A DNA stretch of 64,000 nt from assembly GCA_025964575.1 (NCBI GenBank), contig JAOPYO010000237.1:3855-67854 (forward strand), given 5' to 3'. Below the pieces are notes generated by a model. The model had not been told where the DNA came from. It was given only the letters and a program-made list of their open reading frames with translations, and ran no database searches. Shown one piece after another: positions 19,601 through 27,852 of the stretch. The DNA is from Actinomycetes bacterium (GTDB taxonomy: Bacteria; Actinomycetota; Actinomycetes; Streptosporangiales; Streptosporangiaceae). The number at the start of each line of letters is the position of its first letter. Positions within the stretch are counted from its first letter, which is position 1. The position numbers and the translations under genes are program-made.

Positions 19601-20222
19601 AGAGGACACCTTCCGGGAATCGGAAGCCGTGCTCGTCCCAGAACGTCCGGCGGAACAGCTTGTTCCACATGGTCACGTCATAGAGCAGGCTGGGAGTCCC
19701 GGTGATGTGGGTGCCCGTGTGCTCGGCCCGGATCGCCTTGTCGTGCAGGTGGGAGGGCTTGACCCCGAACGCGCCGATCCGCTGTACGCCGCCGGCGACC
19801 AGGTCGGAGCCCGACTCCTCGAGGGTCCGCAGCATCAGCTGGTAGGCGTGGGGGGTCACCAGGTCGTCGCCGTCGACGAAGGCGAGAAACTCGCCGCGCG
19901 CTCTTTCGATGCCGGCGTTGCGGGCCCGTCCCGGCCCGCCGTGGTCGAGCCGGATCAGGATGAACCGGGGGTCGCGATCCGCGTACGACTGGGCGATGAA
20001 GGCGCTGTCGTCGGTCGAACCGTCATCGACCAGGATCACCTCGAGGTCGCGGACGGTCTGGCCGGCGATGGAGGCGAGGCAGTCGTCGAGGAATTCGGCC
20101 ACGTTGTAAAAGGGGACGACGACACTGAGCCTGGGTTTGGTTCTGCTCTCCGCAACCGGTTGCGCGACAATTCTCTCGGATGCGGATAGCGCCACAGAAA
20201 TCCCCTCTCGGTTGCCGGGCAT
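16641..20222 (-). CDS. Bifunctional GT2 glycosyltransferase / CDP-glycerol glycerophosphotransferase (TagF-like)
   Basis: ATG at 20222. The N-terminus has LSVVVPFYNVAEFLDDCLASI, LVDDGSTDDS and FVDGDD (GT2). The C-terminus has YLQTWHGTPLKRIGFD and LITDYSSAMFDF (TagF family). About 500 central residues have no motif I recognise. Confidence 0.9.
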   Translation of the reverse strand: MPGNREGISVALSASERIVAQPVAESRTKPRLSVVVPFYNVAEFLDDCLASIAGQTVRDLEVILVDDGSTDDSAFIAQSYADRDPRFILIRLDHGGPGRARNAGIERARGEFLAFVDGDDLVTPHAYQLMLRTLEESGSDLVAGGVQRIGAFGVKPSHLHDKAIRAEHTGTHITGTPSLLYDVTMWNKLFRRTFWDEHGFRFPEGVLYEDIQLAIRIHCLARRADVITETIYHWRERVGANLSITQRRDSLTNLRDRVGALLTIDTFLRERASTKLLRLHQRKAVGNDLPLYFRELHRVGDDYREVFLDLVNRYLDQVHPSALRGLTSREKLKFHLARRRLMPELLELLAWERTRPTESVVRRRGRLYADLPFRGELGIPDRVFRLSVAETTPVTRVDEIEWRDGRLHVAGRAYVPYRDLRARRDTTKFLVLRPRRRLRPPILVRMRSVHHPDATARSGQDRYVYDWAGFTCTIDPRRFRLFGWRPDETWRCHAVVRGRGLWRSAPLTTPVRGRPQRPPYAEVGPGSRLLARWVGDRLDLGLIRLHAVATGYRLDGDELVLTAALDRPLPRAATAELVVKLQDGATTLAYPATVNEGRCTARVPLDGLLDQEPVAGDYAYWETYLRVDGGRGGAETIRIAVTGALSERRYAYRAREIAILHTRDGNLAIAERTFRPVIETQEWTADGHLVLRGSYLGPGPLETVLRRRGAGDLHVFPFVRNGDRFSVELKVTAASSYGLKASLRDGTWDITVRPVEPLGDDRLIYTKFDHARLPELGEKPVVLGDKRFRFVCSQFDIPVIEVRADSAPGESGAYAQRVLQEKFYPLHRSLRLRDSVVFISWKGKQCADNPRAIADELRRRGDDREHLWVVRDTSTQAPPGATVVRQWSRDYYEALARSRYLITNDDMPKSYVKREGQTYLQTWHGTPLKRIGFDIERVRFASGSSYLDHLAEDVAKWDVMLSPNPFSTPILRQAFRFDREILETGYPRNDVLHSAAAPALAASVRARLGIPVGKKVVLYAPTWRDDQFYGGGRYRFDLRLDLQRARKELGEDHVVLVRGHHLIADDVYDPAYGDFVINVTSYPDIADLYLVSDVLITDYSSAMFDFAGTGRPMLFFTYDLEEYRDELRGFYFDFEARAPGPLLATSDDVIEALRDLDTVAGAHRQAYDRFISEFHPVADGCAAARVVDRLFTA

Positions 20223-20449
20223 GGCAGAGCCAGGCCTCACGCTGGGTAAGCGAAGAGCCCTCGGCACGAGGGTGGGGCAGGGAGTGGGCTTGCCGGGTGG
20301 GTCGGGCCGCTGACCTGCGCGGCCGAGAGCTTCCGGCAAGTGTATTCAGTCTTACTGGTATCTGAATAGAGCGTAGGAATTCGGTTACGTGACGTTAACG
20401 TACGGCCTCTCCCTGAGCGGATTCGTTCGCGCTTCCGAGGTGCCCGGAG

Positions 20450-21682
20450 GTGGGACACTGGAGCGTGAGACACGTCAGCGTTGACGACATTCGGGCCGCC
20501 CGTGAGATGCTCCGCGGCGTCGCGGTGGCCACCCCGCTACAACGCTCCCGGTTCCTGTCGGAGTTGGTCGGGGGACCGGTCTACCTCAAGTGCGAGAACC
20601 TGCAACGCACCGGCTCGTTCAAGATCCGGGGCGCGTACGTCCGGATCGCCCGGCTGACCGACGCCGAACGGGCCCAGGGGGTCGTCGCGGCGAGCGCGGG
20701 GAACCACGCGCAGGGCGTGGCGCTGGCCGCCTCGATGCTCGGCTGCAAGGCCACCGTCTTCATGCCGGAGGGAGCGCCGCTGCCCAAGGTGGCCGCGACC
20801 AAGGCGTACGGCGCGGACGTGGTGTTCCCGGCGCAGACCGTGGACGGCTGCCTGACGGCGGCCCAGGTCTACGCAGAGGAGCATGGCGCGGTCTTCATCC
20901 ACCCCTTCGACCACCCGGACGTGGTGGCCGGGCAGGGCACCATCGGGCTGGAGATCCTGGAGCAGTGCCCCGACGTCCGCACGATCGTCGCACCGGTCGG
21001 CGGCGGCGGGCTGGTGGCCGGCATCGGTGTGGCGGTCAGCGAAGCACTGCAGGCCCAGCGAGACGGTGCCGTGATCGGAGTGCAGGCCAAGCGGGCCGCC
21101 GCGTTCCCGCCGTCGCTGGCCGCCGGGCAGCCGGTCCGGATCGAGGTCGGTCCGACCATGGCCGACGGCATCGCGGTGGGCCAGCCCGGTGAACTCACCT
21201 TCGAGCTCATCTCGGAGCTGGTCCGATCCGTGGTGACCGTGTCGGAGGAGTCGCTGTCGCAGGCGCTGTTGCTCTGCCTCGAACGCTCCAAGCAGGTCGT
21301 TGAACCTGCGGGGGCAGCCGGGGTGGCCGCCATCCTGGAGCACTCGTACGCCTTCGAGCCGCCCGTCGTCGCGGTCCTGTCGGGCGGCAACATCGACCCG
21401 CTGCTCATGGCCAAGGTGCTACGGCACGGGCTGGCGGTGGCCGGGCGCTATCTGGCGATCAGCTGTCGGCTGGCCGACCGGCCCGGCGCGCTGGTCACCC
21501 TGCTGGGGGAGCTCGCCGAACTCGGCGTCAACGTCCTCGATGTGACGCACGAGCGGGTGGCCGCCCGGTTGCACGTCGAGGAGGCCGAGGTCCTGCTGCA
21601 CCTGGAGACCCGCGGGCCCGAGCACTGTGACGAGGTCATGAGCCGCCTCCGCCAACAGGGCTACACCCTCCACAGATCCTGA
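20450..21682 (+). CDS. ilvA: Threonine ammonia-lyase (threonine dehydratase) with C-terminal ACT-like domain
   Basis: The PLP-lysine motif GSFKIRGAY and GGGGLVAGIG are present, with a short regulatory C-terminus. An alternative GTG lies at 20465. Confidence 0.9.
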   Translation: MGHWSVRHVSVDDIRAAREMLRGVAVATPLQRSRFLSELVGGPVYLKCENLQRTGSFKIRGAYVRIARLTDAERAQGVVAASAGNHAQGVALAASMLGCKATVFMPEGAPLPKVAATKAYGADVVFPAQTVDGCLTAAQVYAEEHGAVFIHPFDHPDVVAGQGTIGLEILEQCPDVRTIVAPVGGGGLVAGIGVAVSEALQAQRDGAVIGVQAKRAAAFPPSLAAGQPVRIEVGPTMADGIAVGQPGELTFELISELVRSVVTVSEESLSQALLLCLERSKQVVEPAGAAGVAAILEHSYAFEPPVVAVLSGGNIDPLLMAKVLRHGLAVAGRYLAISCRLADRPGALVTLLGELAELGVNVLDVTHERVAARLHVEEAEVLLHLETRGPEHCDEVMSRLRQQGYTLHRS

Positions 21683-21724
21683 CCGCCGTGGGCGACTGGA
21701 CCTGTGATGGCAGTCCCAAGAGAG

Positions 21725-21784
21725 TTCTGTGGCGGAGAGAGCACGGATCGGCGCGTGTGCGGCGGTGCTTTTTCCGCCACAGAA
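21725..21784. terminator. Long hairpin between convergent ilvA and M1 peptidase genes
   Basis: TTCTGTGGCGGA-(36 nt)-TCCGCCACAGAA has perfect 12-bp arms. The inner GTGCTTTTT provides a T tract in the plus orientation. Confidence 0.55.
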
Positions 21785-21809
21785 CATGGTTCGGTAGAAG
21801 GTCGCCTCG

Positions 21810-23219
21810 TCAGAGCGTGGGCTTGCTGCCTGTGTAGAGCCAGGCCTTGAAGAGCGGGCCGAGGTTCTGGTGGGAGACCTGCTCGGCGGTCTTGATGAAC
21901 GCGGCCGTGGTGACGTTGCCGTACCGGTTCTGGTCGGCCCAGCGCTTGATCAGCGCAAAGAAGGCCTTGTCGCCGATCTTCTTGCGGAGGACCTGCAGGG
22001 TCATGGCGCCCCGGCTGTACACGGTCCAGTCGAAGATGTGGTCCCGGCCCGGATCGGCGGTCTTCAACTTCCACCGGGCGTCCGCCGCGTCCGCCGCGTA
22101 CACCTGGTCGAAGCTCTTCTGCACGGTCACGCCGCGGGTCTTCTCGGCGTAGAGCCACTCGGTGTAGGTCGCGAAGCCCTCGTTGAGCCAGATGTCGGCC
22201 CACCTGGCCGGGGTGAGGCTGTCACCGAACCACTGGTGGCCGATCTCGTGCGCGATGGTGGACTCGTCGAGAGCGCTGGAGTTCTGGTCGTACACCGGCC
22301 GGCTCTGGGTCTCCAGTGCGTAGCCGACGTTCGCCTTGACGATGATCCCGCCGGTGGAGTCGAAGGGATAGCGGCCATAGATGCCCGACTCCCAGGTCAC
22401 CACGTCGCCGGTGAGCTTGTTGAACGCCGTGCCCTGACCGGGCTTGGTGTCCAGCGCGGTCTGGATCGCGGTGATGTTCGGAATGCCGCCGATGGTCGTG
22501 CTCTTGGTGACGTCGAACTTCCCGATGGCGACCATGGAGAGCTCGCTCGCCGTCGGCTTGCGGATCTCCCAGCCGAACGTCGTCTTGCCGCCCTTGGACC
22601 ACGTGCCGGTGGGCTCGCCGTTGGCCAGCGCGGTCAGGCCCTTCGGCACAGTGATCCGGTAGCTGTAGGTGGCCTTGTCCAACGGGGTGTCGTTGACCGG
22701 GTAGTACGTGGCGGCGCCGAACGGCTGGTTCAGCCCCACAGCGCCGTCGGCGGTGGCCGCCCAGCCGGAGATGCCCAGCGCGGGGTCGTTGATCTTCTTC
22801 GGGATGCCGGAGTAGGTGACCGAGACCGTGAAGTGGCTGCCGCGTGGCAGCCCGCGCTTGGGCGTGATCACGAGTTCCTGGGCGCCGGTCCGCTTGAAGG
22901 CGGCCTTCTTGCCGTTGACGGTCAGTTTGCTGATCTTGAGCGGGCCGAGGAAGTCCAGGTCGAAGCGCGACAGATTCTGGGTCGCCTTCGCGCTGATCAC
23001 GGCTTTGCCGCGCAGCACCTTCGTCGCCGGGTCGTAGGCCAGGCCTAGGTCGTAGTGGCCGACGTCGTAGCCGCCGTTGCCCATGTCCGGGAAGTACGGC
23101 TCACCCGCGCCCGACGCGCCCGGCGTGAATGTCCCGGTGGCGTTCGCCGTGGCCGCGGGGACCAGCAGTCCCGCGGCCACGGTGATGGCGGTGGCGGTGC
23201 TCAGTAGCCTGCTACTCAT
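21810..23219 (-). CDS. Secreted M1 family metallopeptidase
   Basis: A signal peptide is present, with the complete zinc motif HEIGHQWFGD-x-WLNEGFATY (HEXXH-X18-E). Confidence 0.9.
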   Translation of the reverse strand: MSSRLLSTATAITVAAGLLVPAATANATGTFTPGASGAGEPYFPDMGNGGYDVGHYDLGLAYDPATKVLRGKAVISAKATQNLSRFDLDFLGPLKISKLTVNGKKAAFKRTGAQELVITPKRGLPRGSHFTVSVTYSGIPKKINDPALGISGWAATADGAVGLNQPFGAATYYPVNDTPLDKATYSYRITVPKGLTALANGEPTGTWSKGGKTTFGWEIRKPTASELSMVAIGKFDVTKSTTIGGIPNITAIQTALDTKPGQGTAFNKLTGDVVTWESGIYGRYPFDSTGGIIVKANVGYALETQSRPVYDQNSSALDESTIAHEIGHQWFGDSLTPARWADIWLNEGFATYTEWLYAEKTRGVTVQKSFDQVYAADAADARWKLKTADPGRDHIFDWTVYSRGAMTLQVLRKKIGDKAFFALIKRWADQNRYGNVTTAAFIKTAEQVSHQNLGPLFKAWLYTGSKPTL

Positions 23220-23349
23220 TCAGTTCATCCTCAGTCACGGGGAGTGTGAAGCGTCGCAATGGTGACCACGTTTTCAGCGGGCCACACCTGAGGACAAGCG
23301 CGGTTTGATCTCAAATCGGCAAGCACCCAGGTCAACGGGCACACGACGT

Positions 23350-24882
23350 CTACCAGTTGGTCGGACGAGTCTTTCCGTACAGCCAGGCCTGGAACAGCGT
23401 GTCCAGCTTCATGCCCGACACCCGCTCGGCCGTCGAGATGAACTCCGGGGTGGTGCCGTTGGCGTGCCGGTGTTCCTTGGCCCAGGTGCGCAGGATCGTC
23501 CAGAACTTGTCATCGCCGACCCGCTTGCGCAGGGCGTGCAGTGTCATCGCCGCCCGGTCGTAGACCGCGAACTGGTCGAACATGTCTTTCCTGCCCGGAT
23601 CGCCCGGCGGCTTCTTCCAGCGGGGGTCGTTCACCAGACGATACAGGTCGTCGTATTTCTTCTGCACTGAGGGGCCGCCGGAGCGCTCGCCCCAGGTCCA
23701 TACGGAGTAGGTCGCGAACCCCGCGTTGAGCCCGATGTCCTGCCACTTGGTCACGCTGACGCTGTCACCGAACCACTCGTGGGCGAGCTCGTGAGCGAGG
23801 ATCTCAGGCTGGGCGCCGAAGCCCCCGAACACGGGCCGGGTCTGGGTCTCCAGCGCGAAGCCGACGTCCGCGTTGTCGACGATGGCGCCGGTGGAGGTGA
23901 ACGGGTAAGGGCCGAACAGCTTGGCCCACGCGTCGGTGATCTGAGCGGTATTGGCGTAGACGTCGTTGACGTTCGCCGAACCGATGCTGGGGTCGACGGC
24001 CACGATGATCGGCACACCGCCCGGCGTCTTGCCGGTCTTGACCTGGAAGTTGCCGATGTCGACGGTGGCGAGGTACGTCGCCATCGGGTCCTTGACCTGC
24101 CAGTGGCTGGTCGTCGTCTCCCGCCGGGCGGACGCGGTGATGATCGTCGGTGACTGGGTGGCCCCGGGCTTCGATGTGCCACCGGGAGAGGACTGCCCGG
24201 GTGCTTCGCCTACGGGGTCACCGTTGGCGATGACCGTGAGTCCCTTCGGCACGGTGATCTCGAAGTCGAAGGTGGCCTTGTCGCTGGGGTGGTCATTGGC
24301 GGGGAACCAGGTGTGCGCGCCACTCGGCTGGCAGGCGATGAAGACCCCGTCCGAGGTACGGATCCAGCCGTACCTTCCCAGGAGCGGGTCGTTGACCGGC
24401 TCAGGGGTGCCGGAGTAGGCGACGGAGACGATGAACTTCGCGTCCTTGGCCAGCGGCTTGGCAGGGGTGACGACCAGCTCGCTGCTCTGCCGCTCGTACT
24501 TGGCCGCCGCGCCGTCGACCGTGACCGAAGCGACGTTCAGTCCCGTCAGATCCAGGTCGAACCGGGACAGGTACTTGGTGGCCTGCGCGGTGATCTCGGC
24601 GGTGCCGTCCAGGGCCTTGGCCTGATCGCCGGGGTCGATGGCCAGCTTCAGTCCGTAGTGCTGGACGTCGTACCCCCCGTTGCCGTCGCCCGGGGTGTAA
24701 AGGTCCCCGGCCGACGACTCGCTGGGATCGAGGGCGGCCGGAGCCTGGGGCGCGATCGAACCGGCGGACGCGGAGGCGCTCGGCGACGTACCGCCGATTT
24801 TGCAGCCCGAGGTACCGAGCAGGGCCACCGCTGTGGCCGCTACCGCGATCCTGTGGACCAACCGGAGGGTAGGTGTCGTCAT
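23350..24882 (-). CDS. M1 family metallopeptidase paralogue, lipoprotein, with Glu->Ala at the third zinc-ligand position
   Basis: ATG at 24882 gives MTTPTLRLVHRIAVAATAVALLGTSGC (lipobox). HELAHEWFGD is followed 18 residues later by GLNAGFATY instead of LNEGFATY. Confidence 0.9.
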   Translation of the reverse strand: MTTPTLRLVHRIAVAATAVALLGTSGCKIGGTSPSASASAGSIAPQAPAALDPSESSAGDLYTPGDGNGGYDVQHYGLKLAIDPGDQAKALDGTAEITAQATKYLSRFDLDLTGLNVASVTVDGAAAKYERQSSELVVTPAKPLAKDAKFIVSVAYSGTPEPVNDPLLGRYGWIRTSDGVFIACQPSGAHTWFPANDHPSDKATFDFEITVPKGLTVIANGDPVGEAPGQSSPGGTSKPGATQSPTIITASARRETTTSHWQVKDPMATYLATVDIGNFQVKTGKTPGGVPIIVAVDPSIGSANVNDVYANTAQITDAWAKLFGPYPFTSTGAIVDNADVGFALETQTRPVFGGFGAQPEILAHELAHEWFGDSVSVTKWQDIGLNAGFATYSVWTWGERSGGPSVQKKYDDLYRLVNDPRWKKPPGDPGRKDMFDQFAVYDRAAMTLHALRKRVGDDKFWTILRTWAKEHRHANGTTPEFISTAERVSGMKLDTLFQAWLYGKTRPTNW

Positions 24883-24930
24883 CACGAGCACAGCCTGCCT
24901 TTCGTGGGGCAGGCGGGGCAAGCCGGACGG

Positions 24931-25680
24931 TCAGTACTTCGTGGTGGCATAAGGGTCGGGATCCCCCGGATTGACCTTCATGACGACGGTCTTTGCCGCC
25001 TTGTCGTGCAGGCATTGCCTGCGTGGGTCCCAGAGGATCCAGAGCACGTTGATGAGGCCGAAGCAGCTGCAGACGTTGCCCACCACCGCGTAGATCAGGG
25101 CGCGCATGAGGGCCTGACTGTTGCTGATGGGCCCACGGTCCTCGGCCCGGACGACCCTGATGCCGAGGGCTTTCTTGCCCACTGTCTGCCCGCTCCACTT
25201 GTAGGTCAGCAGCCAGAAGTAGCAGAAACCGATGATCAGAGTGACGAGGTTGTACTTGTAGAACTCCGAGAGCGAGATGGACTCACCCGCTTGAGTCACG
25301 AATATACGGCCCCAGTTGACGAACGGCAAAGAGATCACGAAGTCGACGGCGCTCAGGATGAGCCCATCGATGATGGCCGCTCCGAGCCGCGCCCATCGGC
25401 TCGCGAGCCCGGCCGCAGGGTCCTGGTAGCCGTACGTGCCGCCGGCGTACTGCGGCAGAGCGCATTGGCCGGCCGGGTCGTACGGGGGCGGCTGCTGACC
25501 GCCCCTGCCGTATGGCTGCGGTGTGGGCTGGCCGTACGTTCCGCCGTACGCGGGCGGCCTGCCGTGGGGATCCTGCGGAGGCGGTGCGGAGCCGTACGGG
25601 TCTTGCGGGTTCGGTTGTGACGAACCCGGGTTCTGCCAGGGCCGATCCTCCGGCGTCGCGTTCTCGGGCGGTTGGCTCAT
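24931..25680 (-). CDS. Proline-rich RDD family membrane protein (Pra-like)
   Basis: ATG at 25680. The N-terminal ~90 aa are a Pro/Gln/Gly/Tyr-rich repeat region, followed by RWARLGAAIIDGLIL and RQCLHDKAAKTVV, typical of RDD domains. Confidence 0.8.
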   Translation of the reverse strand: MSQPPENATPEDRPWQNPGSSQPNPQDPYGSAPPPQDPHGRPPAYGGTYGQPTPQPYGRGGQQPPPYDPAGQCALPQYAGGTYGYQDPAAGLASRWARLGAAIIDGLILSAVDFVISLPFVNWGRIFVTQAGESISLSEFYKYNLVTLIIGFCYFWLLTYKWSGQTVGKKALGIRVVRAEDRGPISNSQALMRALIYAVVGNVCSCFGLINVLWILWDPRRQCLHDKAAKTVVMKVNPGDPDPYATTKY

Positions 25681-25785
25681 GCCGAGAACGTGTGCTCGGC
25701 AGTGTCCTGCCAAACCGTGACACGCACGCCATGGAGGGATCTTTACCGCTTGATCATCAAAGGTTTCCGCGGCAGGCGCCTGGTG

Positions 25786-25860
25786 CGTGATCATGCAATC
25801 GTTGCCACCCGATGGCGAGAGCTCCGCGAGCAGGTGGGGGAACGACTGCATGACCACACG
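25786..25860. repeat. Extragenic palindrome, CGTGATCATGCA family (copy C, imperfect)
   Basis: CGTGATCATGCAATCGTT-(37 nt)-AACGACTGCATGACCACACG has arms that pair with a few mismatches. It lies between the greA stop and the RDD gene start. Confidence 0.65.
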
Positions 25861-25932
25861 TCGTGGGTTGCCGGTCTTGGCGAGGGAGCAATCCCGTTCT
25901 CCGGGGTTCCGTCAGGGGCCGGGACCGTTCCG

Positions 25933-26433
25933 TTACATGCCGGCGTACGGCGTGGCGTCGAGGACCTCGACGGACATGCTGCGCCCGTTCGGCATGTTGT
26001 ACGACGCCTTCTCCCCGACCTTCTTGCCGTTGATGGCGGCGCCCAGGGGGGACTTGGGCGAGTACACGTCGATCGGGGAGCCGCTCTCCTCTCGTGAGGC
26101 GAGCAGGAAGGTGACCTCCTCGTCGTCACCCTCGAACCGGATCGTTACGGTCATGCCAGGGCCGACCACGCCCACGGTGCGCGGCGGCTCGCCGACTCGG
26201 GAGGTCTCCAGGATGTGGGTGAGCTGGAGGATCCGTCCCTCGATCTTGCCCTGCTCGTCCTTGGCGGCGTGGTAGCCGCCGTTCTCCTTAAGATCCCCTT
26301 CTTCCCGGGCTGCCTCGATCTTTTGCGCGATCTCGATGCGTCCGGGCCCCGAGAGGTGATCCAGCTCATTCTTGAGCCGGTCGTACGCCTCCTGGGTAAG
26401 CCAGGAAACGGTATCTGCGCGGGTCTCGGTCAC
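25933..26433 (-). CDS. greA: Transcription elongation factor GreA
   Basis: GTG at 26433 lies 7 nt after GAGGAG. The sequence VSWLTQEAYDRLKNELDHLSGPGR...GDLKENGGYHAAKDEQ is present. The track ORF extends to 26478. Confidence 0.9.
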   Translation of the reverse strand: MTETRADTVSWLTQEAYDRLKNELDHLSGPGRIEIAQKIEAAREEGDLKENGGYHAAKDEQGKIEGRILQLTHILETSRVGEPPRTVGVVGPGMTVTIRFEGDDEEVTFLLASREESGSPIDVYSPKSPLGAAINGKKVGEKASYNMPNGRSMSVEVLDATPYAGM

Positions 26434-26701
26434 GGTGGTGCTCCTCATCCACGTGAATGTGGTCAGGTGAAACCTCAAGCGTATCTGGTGCGTAAGAGTA
26501 AAGGTTCCCCCTTGCGGAGTTCCGGAACGTCTGATCGGCCACAGAGTGTGAGCTCGGGAATCCAGGTACGGGGGGTGGGCGTTTGTCAGGGAGAATTAAA
26601 ACCCGCGTGGGGCAGCGACCCCCGTTCACGTCCGATTGTCGGTGGCCCCCGGTAGCGTGGGGGCTGATCGTTCGCACTGGTTGCAGAGGGAGTCCCCCAA
26701 G

Positions 26702-27598
26702 GTGGCTGAGACACCGCGCCCCATCGAGTCGAGGCTGCGGCTGATGGCCGTGCACGCGCACCCGGACGACGAGTCCAGCAAGGGCGCCGCGACCATGGCG
26801 CGTTACGTGCACGAGGACGTCGAGGTCCTGGTCGTCACCTGCACCGGCGGGGAACGCGGCGACATCCTGAATCCGGCGATGGAGCGGCCGGAGATCAAGG
26901 AGAACATCGCCAAGGTCCGGGAGGAGGAGATGAACCGGGCCAGGGAGATCCTCGGCGTCCGGCAGAGCTGGCTGGGCTTCGTCGACTCGGGCTTCCCCGA
27001 GGGCGACCCGCTGCCGCCACTGCCGGCGGACTGCTTCGCGGTGCAGCCGCTCGAGGTCGCGGCCGAGCCGCTGGTGCGGGCGGTCCGGGAGTTCCGGCCG
27101 CACGTGATCCTGACCTATGACGAGAAGGGCGGCTACCCGCACCCCGACCACGTCAAGTGCCACGAGGTCTCGATGGAGGCGTTCGAGGCGGCCGGTGACC
27201 CGGACCGCTACCCGGGCACGGGCGAGCCGTGGCAACCGCTCAAGCTCTACTACCACCTCACCTTCACCAAGGATCGCCTGGTCGCACTGCACGAGGCGAT
27301 GGTTCGGGCCGGGATCGAGTCGCCCTACACCGACTGGCTCAAGCGGATGGACGAGCAGCCGCAGCCGTGGGCGGTCACCACCAGGGTGCCGTGCGCGGAC
27401 TACTTCGAGACCCGGGACCAGGCACTGCTCGCGCACGCCACCCAGATCGACCCGAACGGCTTCTGGTTCGCCTGCCCGCTGGAGGTCCAACAGGAGGCAT
27501 GGCCGACAGAGGACTACCATTTGGCCAGGTCCTTGGTCGACACCGAGCTGCCGGAGGACGATCTGTTCGCCGGCATCCGGGAGAAGGTGTGTCTGTAG
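26702..27598 (+). CDS. mca: Mycothiol conjugate amidase Mca (LmbE/MshB family deacetylase)
   Basis: GTG at 26702 follows [25 protein letters not shown] and [11 protein letters not shown] are present. The Mca-versus-MshB call rests on greA adjacency. Confidence 0.8.
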   Translation: MAETPRPIESRLRLMAVHAHPDDESSKGAATMARYVHEDVEVLVVTCTGGERGDILNPAMERPEIKENIAKVREEEMNRAREILGVRQSWLGFVDSGFPEGDPLPPLPADCFAVQPLEVAAEPLVRAVREFRPHVILTYDEKGGYPHPDHVKCHEVSMEAFEAAGDPDRYPGTGEPWQPLKLYYHLTFTKDRLVALHEAMVRAGIESPYTDWLKRMDEQPQPWAVTTRVPCADYFETRDQALLAHATQIDPNGFWFACPLEVQQEAWPTEDYHLARSLVDTELPEDDLFAGIREKVCL

Positions 27599-27840
27599 TG
27601 TTCACTCCGCTCGCGATCCCTCTGAACAATGACACGGTGACACCGGGTTTTCTCGGTTTCGGTGTCGTCATCGCCTTGGGCGTGGCCCTGTTCTTCCTGC
27701 TCCGCTCGATGAACAAGCAGATCTCGCGGATTGAGGCCCCCAAGGAAGCCGAGCTCAAGCAGGCCGAATGGGAGCGCGCGAACCCCGTCCCCACCGACGA
27801 CGAGCCCGCCCCGACCGAGCCCAACGGTAAGGCGCCTTAG
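27598..27840 (+). CDS. Small membrane protein (one TM, acidic/Pro-rich tail)
   Basis: GTG at 27598 overlaps the mca TAG by 1 nt. The sequence is [41 protein letters not shown]. The rest of track ORF 27229.. is an off-frame reading of mca. Confidence 0.6.
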   Translation: MFTPLAIPLNNDTVTPGFLGFGVVIALGVALFFLLRSMNKQISRIEAPKEAELKQAEWERANPVPTDDEPAPTEPNGKAP

Positions 27841-27852
27841 AGACCGCGTCTC

